A stretch of DNA of 56,990 bases. It comes from Nemertoderma westbladi (lineage: Eukaryota > Animalia > Xenacoelomorpha). Location of the stretch: positions 1-56,990 of the forward strand of contig JAUCBJ010006255.1 of the NCBI GenBank assembly GCA_032718475.1, given 5' to 3'. Below are positions 1-11,672 of the stretch, in pieces (positions within the stretch are counted from its first letter, which is position 1; each line of letters starts with the position of its first letter). The notes beneath the pieces were generated by a model. The model saw nothing but the letters and a program-made list of their open reading frames with translations, was not told the DNA's origin and did no database searches. A program made the translations under genes and the position numbers.

Positions 1-714
1 CTGTGATCCTTAAACCTTCTTTCACCATTTATTAACTTCACTCGCCACAAGTAAACCTTCCCGAAAACGTCAATGTGAAACATTGATTTTATTTTCCTGA
101 GTAGATATATTATTAACTAAGACTGATTGGTCAATATTTAATTGGCTGTAGTCGAGATCATCTTAAATAATGGATTTATTTATTTAAATTTAAAAGAAGA
201 AAACAATATTACATTAGTATTACTAATGTTTTTTTTTGTAATTTATAAATAAATCTCTTTATGAAGGAGATTTGACGATTCAATGTTTTGCATGACCAAA
301 ACGAAAACTTGATAACTGCAAACAAAAACAAGTTTTAAATTGTGAGTAATTTGTCACTATTTTTCAGTTACGCATTTTTAATCCATTTTCTTAGTATAAT
401 TTTAAAAAATCTGTAATAATTTGTCGATTTTTTACGAAATATTGGAAAATTGGCGAGAAATTCAATTACGAAATGGGTCATTTTACATCAAACTGAAATC
501 TTCAATTTCAAATTATTTTATGTTTTCAAATTTTCAAAACCTGTCACACACTGCTCCCCATCTCATTTATGCCATAATTACAGGAAGTAAGTGTTTGTAC
601 TGTAGTTGGAGACCAAGCCAATTAAAATGTTTACAATTCAGCTTAACAAATTTAGCGTTTGTAAAAAAGTAATGGTTTGTAATTCTTTTATAAAATCTGT
701 ACACAAACATTATA

Positions 715-1010
715 CACCATCTCCCTTAATACAACAACCAATTTTTGATGTCGTTTTTGATGTGAATTGTTTGATGCCTCCATAACTTTTTCAAATTTCA
801 ATCATATGGCTACGAAATTTGGTATGATGATAATAGATAAGGCTTAGAATTAAAACGATTTACATCTCAAAATTTATACCCTAGTATTTTGATATTATCT
901 TTGGCAATTATTGATGAAACTTAAAACGGTTTTCAGATTCGGAATCTTCAGATGAAGGCGGTTCTCATAATATCCGACCCCTTAAGGTTGTTGTATTAAG
1001 GGAGATGATG
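715..1010. mobile_element. Tc1/mariner-type MITE (296 bp)
   Basis: 25-bp TIR caccatctcccttaatacaacaacc (715-739) / ggttgttgtattaagggagatgatg (986-1010), 1 mismatch; TA on both flanks (713-714, 1011-1012). Confidence 0.75.
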
Positions 1011-1984
1011 TAATCTTAATGTTGCCAATTATAAAGCATCCTGTTCATCTAAAATATGCTATTAAAAGTCTATGTATGCCATGTATGGCCTCTCAAAATA
1101 GTTAATTAGGAATTACATGCTAATGTAAAATTGCATATACATAAAAAACAGTATTCATGTATATATATATATTAATATTTAATTATGTAGACTGAATATT
1201 CAATAATGTAGGACAAACAAACATACGCACCTTGTAGTTTTATACAGAAGGCCATATTTTCTATCTCGATGCAAAAAGTTTGATTTAAAATTAATATATA
1301 TTTATTCACAATTTATTCACTTATTTCTCCTCTGTTTTCCCTTCACTGCATAGCCGAGTGTATTCGAATGAAAGTTACTTTGTTGGATATGATGAAACAG
1401 TTCTGACATGAGGCTTAAAATGCGACATCCCTAAAGTTTACTTTAACTGAGTTGTCAGTGAAAGCGATTGGCTAGGTGGAAGGAAGTATGCAAGAGAAAG
1501 TTGACTGAGATAGGATGAATTTATATTTTATCTCACATCATCCACCCTCAGGGAATTTTATTACAAAAAAACCAACAGGATATCGCTTGATTATTCCACA
1601 CTAGCCCTAACCCTTCAAAGAAAATTAATAGTTTCAATTCTTCTATTTCCATATATACCGAACATAATTTCAAGTACAGTCCAGAATTGCTGGAGGCTGT
1701 GCGATTGAATTCACTGTACACCACTGAGACAAGAAAGGTTTCCGCAATGTAATGGCTGTATATGATTGGGGGAAAAGGGTGGGGGTGGTGCTTCAACTTC
1801 CATTCCCACCCACATAGGAAAAGTAATGTTTAACGATTTCAGTGTTAAAGCGAATAATATAATCAATGTGTACTGATTGTAGATAGTTGTATTGTACAAA
1901 AAACAAGTCTGATATATAATAATATGACTTTAGTTAATAAATTGTGAAAAAAGTGCATATCCATCCTAGCAAAAGCCTAAAAAA

Positions 1985-3343
1985 AGGGAAAAGCCAACAC
2001 CAATTTGGACTAAAGGTCAACTAAAGCCTCTCCCCAAGAAAGGATACCTCGGTATACCAACAAACTATCGTGGGATCTGTCTGCTTGTGGTAGCTGCCAA
2101 AATATACAATAAAATGATTCGATATACGATTAGGCCTCACATAGAGAAACTACTGTGTAAGAGCCAAAACGGATTTCGACCAAATAGATCAACAATAGCT
2201 CAGATACTTGCACTATAGAGACTGATTGAAGGAATTAAGTCAAAGAATCTCCCCGCAGTCATGACTTTTGTGGACTTCAAGAAGGCATTCGACTCCATCC
2301 ATAGAGGTAAAATGCTTGAAATCCTAAGAGCTTATGGAATACCAGAAGTAATTGTTGGTGGCATTGGATTGTTATATTGTGACACAGAAGCACAGGTACT
2401 CTCACCAGATGGTGAAACTGAGTTTTTCTCAATCCTGGCTGGCGTACTGCAAGGTGACACATTAGCACCATTACTATATGGAATCATGCTGGATTACGCA
2501 ATGAGGACTGCCACAAAGGGTGAAGATCTGGGATTCACACTTCAAGAATGCAGAAGTAGTAGATATCCGGCAACTAGAGTCACAGACACCGACTTTGCGG
2601 ATGACATCGCCCTGCTCTTTAACATGCTAGCAGATGCACAGCTTCTACTAAATAAAGTGGAGAGGGCTGCTAAAGCTGTTGGATTGCATATAAATGCTAC
2701 GAAGACCGAATTCATGACCTTTAATGTTGATGGAAACTTGACATCCATTGATAATAATCAACTAAGGAAGGTCGACGACTTCCAGTACATTGGATAATGG
2801 ATAGAGAGTAGCAAAAAGGATATCGAAGTTAGGAAAGCAAAGGCTTGGGTAGCTCTATCAAAAATGGATACCATCTGGAAATCAGATCTCTCCAGGCACC
2901 TGAAGACAAAGTTCTTTCGAGCCACAGTGGAAGTGTATTTTTATACGAGGGTGAGACCTGGACGGACACTGACTAAATCACTTGAACAACGAATAGATGG
3001 TTGATACACAAGTGCAGACAATGCATGTCAAAAGCCGAGCTTTATGGTACAATACCACCTGTATCAACCACCCTCCATGAACGCAGATTAAGATTCAGTG
3101 GGCACTGCTGGCAAAGTAAAGACGAGGTCAAACCAGATCTACTTTTCTGGCAACCAACTCATGGAAAGCGTAGTCGTGGACGACCGGCCATAACATTACA
3201 TACCAACATAACATATAGATCAACTTGAAAGGGACACTGAACTTGGGAGAAACGAAATTACGACAACTATGGAGAATCTGGAAGCTTGGAAGGATCGCAT
3301 TTCCACTGTCCGAGTTCGCTCGACGACCTAGTAGTAGTAGTAG
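1985..3343 (+). mobile_element. 5'-truncated, decayed RTE-clade LINE (RT domain + 3' end)
   Basis: PLPKKG..NYRGI, QNGFRPNRST, FVDFKKAFDSIHR, GVLQGDTLAP, DFADDI, RRLRFSGHC, RGRP motifs across stops/frameshifts; ends in (agt)n tail 3330-3343. Confidence 0.9.
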
Positions 3344-3510
3344 AGGTGTCATGAAAACAAAATGTAAGCTGCTACAGTATATAGTTCAAGAAAGTTATAG
3401 TTTCCTTCAAAGTGTATATTCACATTCAATATGTTTCTTATGTGCAAACTATAATGTAACTATGGTAATTATATACGACTCAACACGAGCTAATACTATA
3501 TACTGCTAAA

Positions 3511-3990
3511 TGAGATCCTTCCAGGCTTCCTGATTCTCAATAGTTGTAGTAAGTTTGTATCTCCCAGGTCCAGTATCCTTTTCTAGTTGGTCTATATATA
3601 TGTCATATCCCGTCATCCATGGCTAAGGTTTCCTTGTATTGGTTGCCAGAAAAGTTGATCTTAAATGTCCTAATTTTTAGTTATCCTATCCAGCATTGTG
3701 ACCACTGAATCTCAATCTGCGTTCACAGAGGATGGTTAATACAATACAGGTGGCATTGTACCATAAAGCTCGGGGTTTGTCATGTGTTGTGCTGCCCTTA
3801 GTAGTCTTGTATAACAACCATCAATTCATTGTACAAGATATTTCGTGAGTGTCCATGTCTCACCCCCCACCACGCCCCCCCCCCCCCCCCCCCCATATAA
3901 AAGCTGATTGAATCTTTCTAGGATATTGTTTTGAGTCATACATCTCTGATTGTTGTGATACAACTATAGCTTTGCATTTCGGCTGATTTT
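3511..3990 (-). mobile_element. Older RTE-clade LINE 3' fragment related to 1985..3343
   Basis: Reverse complement of 3690-3790 (gagctttatggtacaatgccacctgtat...gaacgcagattgagattcagtgg) matches 3037-3101; 3511-3529 matches 3281-3299. Confidence 0.75.
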
Positions 3991-4411
3991 GTTGGTACAA
4001 TTATTGTTTATTGGTAGTGTGTTGAGGCTGGCTAGATGCTGCGTATTAATATTACATAATGGCCCATTTATGTACAAGATAATACGTGGAGGTTACATTA
4101 GGTTGTAAGGGGGATAATGAACTCTAAAATAGACGCCCTTTTACAACTTTGGATTGCTTTGGATTAGTAAAGAGATGAGTAATGTGATGTAGATTAACCA
4201 AATTTTGGTGTTGTTGGTGTATTTATTGGTATACAGAACTTCCATATATCCTCGCCAGCAAGCTGATAAAACAATTCTATCAAGGTGGATCAAATGTGTA
4301 TATAGTGTCACTTGATCTAATCTCAACCAGTGACACCGTACGTAGATTATAAAATATTGTTTGAAAAATTGGAGACTACATACTTCAAGAAATCTGTGTT
4401 ATTAATATTAA

Positions 4412-5988
4412 CCCTATTAGTACCGGGCTATAAAATGCTGTACAAATACCGGGGGGGGGGGGGGGGGGTCATATTGACCCCCCCCCCCCCCCCTCTAAAA
4501 TCTACAAATTTTTACGAAAACGACTGATTTTTTGTTTGTACGTAGGTATCACTAGTCTGGATCCCACGAGTCTGGATGTACTGGGGTGGTTATTTTGCAG
4601 CACCAACATTACAAGTAGTGCACAATTTTCACAAAATTTGAAAGTTACTTTTTTCGGCTAATTGTTTTTCAATACAGGTTTTCTGGGGCGCAAAATACAT
4701 TGGAAAATATTTAAAAATGATATGATAACTATAAATGGCTGTTTAGTCCTCTCTGAGTAGGAAAAAAATGAAAAAAACAAGTAACCAGCACTTTTCAGTT
4801 AGAACACAAAATTTTTAATTCACTTATACGATGCTATAAATTCACATTTTCAGGTTTTCTAGGGCGCTGATTCTAATGGAATACATTTCTAATATGCCAG
4901 ATTATTGCTACGTGTATTTTTCGGCGTAATTTGGAAAATTTTGGTGCTAGCACCAAATTTCGTACCCATCACCAAAAAGTACAAGTTTACGATGTCCAGT
5001 GCTGTTTTTATTGATTCCATCGGATTCAGGACCCTCATAAACCCGTATGACACAAGAAACAAGATGATTCTATCTACTGATCAATTTGCTTATTTTCCAA
5101 AATTTGGTGCTGGCACAACAATTTTCACCCACCGGCGAAAAATACAAGTTTGAAAACTCTTACGAAATTTTTACTGGTTCCATTGAATTCAGAACCCTCA
5201 CAAACCCGTATAACGCAAGAAACAAGGTGACACAATCAATTGATATATTTGATGGTTTTCAAAATTTGGTGCTAGCACCACATTTTGCACCCACTTCCGA
5301 AAAATACAAGTTAGAGATGTCTAGTTCGATAATTATATATTCCATTGAATGCAGAACAGCCATAAACCTCTAAAACGCAAGAAATAAATTGTCACAAGCA
5401 ATTTTATCTATTAAATGGATTTTCAAAATTTCGTGCTAGCACCAAAATTTGCACACAGCACCGAAAAATACAAGTTTGATACGCTTGGTGCAACTCGTAT
5501 ATATTCCATCGAAACCAGAACCCAAAAAAACCCCAATTGCGTAAAAAACAAGTTTCAAACAATCAATTTACAAAATTGACATATTTCAAAATTTGGTGCT
5601 GGCACCAAAATTTGGCACCCACTGAAAAAAACAAGTTTGAAATTTCTAAATCGATTTATATGAATTCTATCCAATTGCTAACACCAAAAAACCGGTGTAA
5701 ATCAAAAATAGAGATGTTACAATTAATATTTAATGAAATGTAATTTTCAAAAAACGTCTCAAAAAAAGTGCCAAAAGTAGGGTTAAAAAATGGTGCTATA
5801 ACTCGAAAACTACCCAATTTTTTTGAAAACGGTTTTCACTATTAGGAAGACAATAGATTTTTAGGAAAAGTCATGAAATTTTAGATTCCCAACTGCGTTT
5901 GTTTCAGAATTATAATAAAAAAAACCACGGGGGGGGGGGGGGGGTTGTGGGTCATATTGACCCCCCCCCCCCCCCGGGTTTAATAGGG
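4412..5988. mobile_element. Non-autonomous piggyBac-type element with internal ~163-bp tandem repeats
   Basis: TTAA|ccctatta...taataggg|TTAA (TTAA at 4408-4411 and 5989-5992); subterminal gggtcatattgaccc hairpins in poly-G/C at both ends. Confidence 0.9.
4880..5720. repeat. ~5 diverged ~163-bp tandem units with palindromic core aaatttggtgctagcaccaaattt
   Basis: tggtgct(a/g)gcac core recurs near 4942, 5105, 5267, 5432, 5594, each followed by aaaatacaagtt and ttccat(t/c)gaattcagaacc-like blocks. Confidence 0.85.
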
Positions 5989-6104
5989 TTAACCCTTTAA
6001 TCATCCTACATTCAGTCAAAAGCGTTTGTTGCTGTTAATGATAAAATCACAAGTATTCCAATCCGACTAATGTGGAGCAAGGCAACGATTTTGAACATTT
6101 CTTC

Positions 6105-6265
6105 GGTGAAGATCGCGATATTTCGCAAACGTCGCAATTTTATTGCGAAATTTTGTGTTTACCAATACTATAGGTGGAGCTTCGCAAACGTCGCGATCTT
6201 CGCAATATTTTGTGTTTACCAATACTATAGGTGGAGCTTCGCAAACGTTGCGATCTTTGCAATGT
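6105..6265. repeat. Short tandem repeat, ~2.5 units of ~57 bp
   Basis: ttttgtgtttaccaatactataggtggagcttcgcaaacg occurs twice (6151, 6207) with a partial third unit upstream. Confidence 0.8.
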
Positions 6266-8169
6266 TCTAGAATATTTTTTAAAAGTAAGAAATTTTTTTA
6301 AGTATAGAAGTAGTTAGGCCTAGCTTAACTACTTATTCTTATTTCTTCATTAAGATTCGAAGGCAGTTCTGAATCTAATATGTTCTGGGTCTTCTTCGAG
6401 AATGATTTCCAGAATGCTTTACTATAATGATTCACTCCCATTGACATCCCACTGATATACTGCTTACTTCGTAGATTACGTAATCGACATATGTTTATTT
6501 TGGCGTCCTTATGTGCTTTCCCAAATTCATCTTTGTCTCGCTTCCCATTCTTCAACTAGATTTTGGAAAGCTGTTTAGAAGTTTTGGACTGTTCTCTTAA
6601 GTTACTATTGCTTATTGTAATGTTTTTAAGTGATTTTCTATGTTTAATCACAGGAATAAATTCCAGGGCTGATTTATGAATAATATCCTGAATATTCCCC
6701 ATACTAATTAATCTGCATTGTAGTCCATGTTGAAATAGCGCTGCCTACACCTTCATTAAATTCAGTGTGTAGCTCATGCAGTTTATGATGGCCATCATCC
6801 TGATATTTATAAATTTGATCCTGTGTAGCTCTTTCCCAGGCAAGCTTGATTAACGTCCATGTGGGTGTCGATCTAGGGTTTCCAGAAGTCATCCCATTCC
6901 TTATTAGAACTTCATCCCTCACATGAACTTCCCCACTTGCAACTCGACTACTTCCAATCTCGGTTGTGATCATTTGACCGATATAAGACAATAATTGCTG
7001 CAAAATAGCTGATTCCTTATTGGGTGGCATATTGTCTTTTGGGGTTAATCCCGTGACATATAATATAGTGGAATAATCAAACTACGAAATTATTTTCAAT
7101 ATGTTTAATATTCGCCTTTGTGAGCCGACTTCACCTTCAGTCTAAAACCAATTATATAGGTAACTTTCCCATTTGATTAGATTAAATCTAACGACTTTAT
7201 TAAATTTTTGTTGCAACATCGCAGATATTGATGCATAATAATATTTACTATCTACAAATTTGGGCCGGAAAATTACACGGCTTATATAGAGGCTGGATTG
7301 CATTGTAGGTAGATCTGGCTATACATAATTCCATAGACTCTCATTGCATATCATATTATTTATTTATTTATTTAATTATTTATAACTTTAATTCACTCAA
7401 AGGTGACAATTATTAAGTTAAATCAATAATAATATCAACAACGTATTAAAATAAACATAAATAACCAAAAGTACGCTACAGATAGGCAATATATTATACA
7501 CATTATACAAACTAAAACGTGCACGTGTTTAAAATGGGCCATTATAAGGGTCGTAAATAGTTCCATATTATACATATAAAATTATTTTAAAATAGTTGTA
7601 GGAGGGCACATTGTATTAGTCCATGGGCCAGCCAGCATAGGGGATACTTTTTGGTAACCACCCGGAACTTATTCTGGAATATAATTATTGTTGCCATGGG
7701 AGCGCTGCTAAATAAAAAATGGCATGTTTTAGAAAAATAGCTACCATTCTAGAACAATATCATTATTTTAAAAACAAATTGCCACATGTTGTTGAGTATT
7801 AGTTTTGGAAAATTTTGGTATACTGAGAGCGAAATTTGTTATGTTATAACGGTTATATATGGTACCAAAGATATACCCTACCCATGTCTGAAATATTTTT
7901 CTTTATCATCATTTTAATCTCATTTCACTCTGTTTCAAAATTATGACAAAATATTTAGGTTAATGAAAAGCAATCATGATGTGACTACAATACTTTAAAA
8001 TAACAAGTGACATCTAAATGGCATTTCAGACACCATTCCTTCACAGGTTACCATGACTACAGATGCAATTGAAGATAACCAAGATGCACACTATCAAAGA
8101 TTTGACTTGACACCTACCACAAAAGAAGGTTAGTATTAACTTTAGCGTATATATTTATCATCATTGTTC

Positions 8170-10745
8170 GAGACAGGGGGGGAAACTGGACGCAAAACCC
8201 ACCTTGGCGAATTAATATCCCGCCTTAATGCTAAATTCTCAATTTAGGGAAAGGAGCAGGTTACAGTGGCACGTTATTTTAACGGCGAGGTGTAAGACAA
8301 CAAAACAGCTATACGACTGTTGGTGTAAACAGGGGAAACCTCCAGATAGCCCAGTAAGAGACGCATTAAAAGACTCGAAGCGGTCAGTAAAGAGACTAAG
8401 GAATTGGTTGGCTAAAACTACAGTCTCTCACAGAGTTAATTGCAATAGCAAATTATTGAGAACCAATCCCAAGATGTTCTGGAATAAATTAAACCCAAAG
8501 GAAACAACAAATCCACCCGATAAGGTAATCGAAACAATAAGAACCCAACTGTCTGCTAACCACCAAAAAGCGAATGGCTATGATGATGCAATAGATCAAC
8601 TCAAAAGGGATATTCAAAACGACTGTGATGCTAGAGATGACATCCCAACAATTACAGCTGCGGGTGTGAAAAGGGCTATTATGGCCATTTCAAAAGGAAA
8701 GGCGCCAGACATAGGATCGCTGACCATTGAACACATTCTGTCACTAGACTCGGATATAATATGTGCAGAGCTCTCAAAGATTTACAATGCATGTATTGCT
8801 TTAGGTGAAACACCCTTACATTTTGGTCAGACAATAATAACTAGCCTACACAAAGGCAAGGGCAGAAAAATAAATTTAGCAACTTCATATCGCCCGATCT
8901 CCACTGTCCGTCTCCTAGCAAAAATATTTGAATCCCTTCTGCTTCAAGAGTACTTATCGGCACCAAGTTTTATACATCCGTCACAGCTGGCATATCAACC
9001 TAAAATCGGGACTGATCTCATTCTCAGCGCTGTGCTGGAATGTCTGGAGTACCAGAGGCGATGTGGGAATACCATCTACTTATGCCAGCTGGATATTAAA
9101 TCAGCGTTCGATAATGTTGACTACGTAATCTTGTTCAAGAAAATGAGAGCCCACATAAACCCATATATCTGCCGCATCATCCTGTCATATTATCTCTGCA
9201 CAACCGCATTTTTAAAATTTGGAGGTGTTGTTGATGCCCGACCCATCAAGCTTACAAAGGGAGTGAAACAGGGTTCACTCCTCTCCCCAGCGTTGTTCAT
9301 CCTGCATACGAGTGATGTCTTCAATGATGCGAGTTACAGTGGTCTTAGTTGCAATCTCAAGAACGTATGGCTCGGCACTATTGCATATGCAGACGACATA
9401 CTCGTGTTTGGTAGATCCGCCACAGAATTAGAAAGATTAGTTGGTGTAATCTCAGTAAAACTAAAGGATATCAATCTAGAAGTGGAGAGCTCTAAAACTA
9501 AATGGGTAGTCAGATCTGGAAAGGGATGCAATGAACACATTCCAAGTTTCATAAATATCAATAGCACTCTAGTGGCATCAAGTACATCGCTGCGATTTTT
9601 GGGCTTTAAGCTAAACTCTAGCATTGTAAAGAACTACAATACATTATCAGATTGCAATCAGCTGATTACTATAATTGCGGAATCATTCCACAGGAGGAGT
9701 TGGACAACCAGATGGATGGATACTTCAACATTGAGTCACATTTGGAGCAGCATTGCAGTTCCAAAACTGGTTTACAGCATGAAATTCCTTGTTGGGTCAC
9801 TCACCTCGGATGAATTACGTAGTCTAGACGCTCACTATAGGAAAGCGTTACGTGGTCTTCTAGGTTTGGGAACCTATGCTAGCAACCAGATTGTATACGA
9901 GCTGATGAAATGCAAACCAATTACTAGCGAGTGTTACGGTGCCTGCATTGGATCAATACTTAGGAGTGCATACGTCCCCAACTGTGCCCTACAAGGCATT
10001 CTACGAATATCGCTGCAGCTAAATAGTACGGATGAGACAAAATATTGTGGTATTGGTGGTTCATACATAAACTGCAAAAAAACGTATAATGCGCCACACA
10101 TTCATTCCATGTTAACATATGCATACAACACACGGCACTTGATTGAACGGTTGGGCTGTGGATCACTTACATTTTTGGAGATTATCCAAAGTAAATTTAT
10201 ATATGACTGTTATAAAATTAGATCAATGGACTCTTTTGCATCCAAACATAAGCGTATATTGAATTTTTTCAATGTTGTGTAATAATGGTTCTCAATATAA
10301 TAATGACTCTCTATTGCTCAACATGCGCATTTTATGTTTCCCTACAAATATGACTTTATATATATTTACTATTTGCCGCAACGAATATGATTTTACCTAT
10401 ATTTACGATTGTTTTATATACTGGGTTTTAATCGGGCTCCGACTGTTTTACCTATCACTATAATACTAGACCTTATGGTTTTATGTGTTAATAATTAATA
10501 GGAACGTAATTTTACTTAGATGTCGTGATCGGTACTACGATTGTGCATTTATGGTTCATCTATTGTTTTTATGTATACTTTATTGCCGGCATGACCGGAC
10601 CTAATATAAATTGAAATTAACCAAAACAATAAACTAAGCACAATAGAATAGGTTACAGTTTTATATTTGAGAATAATCAGCTGTTATTTGAGTCGAATTT
10701 CCCCTGGAGAGGGATGAATTTTTATTGCGTCCAGTTTCCACCCCC
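8170..10745. mobile_element. Unclassified short-TIR insertion with 14-bp TSD, containing a LINE RT
   Basis: tatcatcattgttc at 8156-8169 and 10746-10759; IR gggggggaaactggacgcaa (8176-8195) / ttgcgtccagtttccaccccc (10725-10745); unpaired gagaca at left end. Confidence 0.8.
8228..10282 (+). CDS. Non-LTR retrotransposon reverse transcriptase (CR1/L2/RTEX-like ORF2 lacking the APE endonuclease), uninterrupted 684 aa
   Basis: W..QGKP linker, SYRPIS, LDIKSAFDNV, GVKQGSLLSP, IAYADDI, LRFLG; AT-rich 3' UTR ending ~10618 (aatataaattgaaatt). Confidence 0.9.
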   Translation: MLNSQFRERSRLQWHVILTARCKTTKQLYDCWCKQGKPPDSPVRDALKDSKRSVKRLRNWLAKTTVSHRVNCNSKLLRTNPKMFWNKLNPKETTNPPDKVIETIRTQLSANHQKANGYDDAIDQLKRDIQNDCDARDDIPTITAAGVKRAIMAISKGKAPDIGSLTIEHILSLDSDIICAELSKIYNACIALGETPLHFGQTIITSLHKGKGRKINLATSYRPISTVRLLAKIFESLLLQEYLSAPSFIHPSQLAYQPKIGTDLILSAVLECLEYQRRCGNTIYLCQLDIKSAFDNVDYVILFKKMRAHINPYICRIILSYYLCTTAFLKFGGVVDARPIKLTKGVKQGSLLSPALFILHTSDVFNDASYSGLSCNLKNVWLGTIAYADDILVFGRSATELERLVGVISVKLKDINLEVESSKTKWVVRSGKGCNEHIPSFININSTLVASSTSLRFLGFKLNSSIVKNYNTLSDCNQLITIIAESFHRRSWTTRWMDTSTLSHIWSSIAVPKLVYSMKFLVGSLTSDELRSLDAHYRKALRGLLGLGTYASNQIVYELMKCKPITSECYGACIGSILRSAYVPNCALQGILRISLQLNSTDETKYCGIGGSYINCKKTYNAPHIHSMLTYAYNTRHLIERLGCGSLTFLEIIQSKFIYDCYKIRSMDSFASKHKRILNFFNVV

Positions 10746-11462
10746 TATCATCATTGTTCCTAGGTGATTTCTGAAAAGATGATTCCCTCGATAATGACAT
10801 TTTTAAATACTAAATCCACTTTTTATTTTATACATTATTTAGGTAAAAGGTGAACAAAGGACAGCTTCTGTCACCATCCCCTTGAATAACTCCCGTACAT
10901 CTGAAGTGATTGCAGTGTCTCCAAGAAGAGCATAAGTTTCACTCAAGCAATCAGCTGTCGCACTGAGAAAACGCCCACAACATTAACACAAAATTAACCG
11001 ATCAACTATATCGTCTACATTCCACCACTGCCACTAACATCTGATGATGCGAGGGCGAATTGCCAACCCCCCCCCCCCCCCCCCCCCCCCGCCACCCCCC
11101 ATGTTCTTAATCGGAACCTCATTAGTCTGACCAGTCTGCATTCGGTGCTCATGAACACCCACTGCACAAGGCCAATTATATCTGCCTTGGCAGTCAGCTC
11201 GCCTTGTCGCAATGGGTACCCGTGTTCTAGGGTATTAACTGAGGCTAGTCTAGTGACTTGCCACAGGTTCACCAATAATGGCTTGGTTGGTCGTGGTGGA
11301 ACATGAGACTAGCCTCCAAATCCAGAATCCCTCCACCCTCGCAATATGGCCTCCCAGGTGACCCTGTTCTGGATTCACTCAGTTAAATGTGGGTCCAGTT
11401 AATTGTTATCATTGGAAAATCTCATCACAACACGAGAGACTTATTAAAGGCATACTTTATAA

Positions 11463-11672
11463 AAGAACAACCGATCAACGGTTGTAGTTGTTGCTGCAGA
11501 AGATACAGACATAACAGTGTTGTTACTTGTTGCGTTGTGTGATGCCCTGAACTGCCAGGGTTTATCAAAAGTGTGGATCTCATCTCCAAGTAGAATGACG
11601 TATTGTAACATAAACCCTACCCTTAGTGCCCTATTGCAATATATGGACTGTTGGTACTGTTGGAGCCAATGA
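11463..11672 (+). pseudogene. Remnant of Academ XPG/PIN-like nuclease domain
   Basis: Manual translation KNNRSTVVVVAAEDTDITVLLLVALCDALNCQGLSKVWISSPSRMTYCNINP resembles the VVV..DTD(V/I)..LL motif; not in ORF track, bounded by stops. Confidence 0.6.

Noticed and set aside
3864-3894. Long poly-C/poly-G tracts here and throughout the window
   Set aside because: Mostly inside TE ends; homopolymer lengths are unreliable and no function can be supported.
4905-5743. Short ORFs with LVLAPNF repeats (also 16334-16780)
   Set aside because: Translations of the non-coding 163-bp tandem unit.
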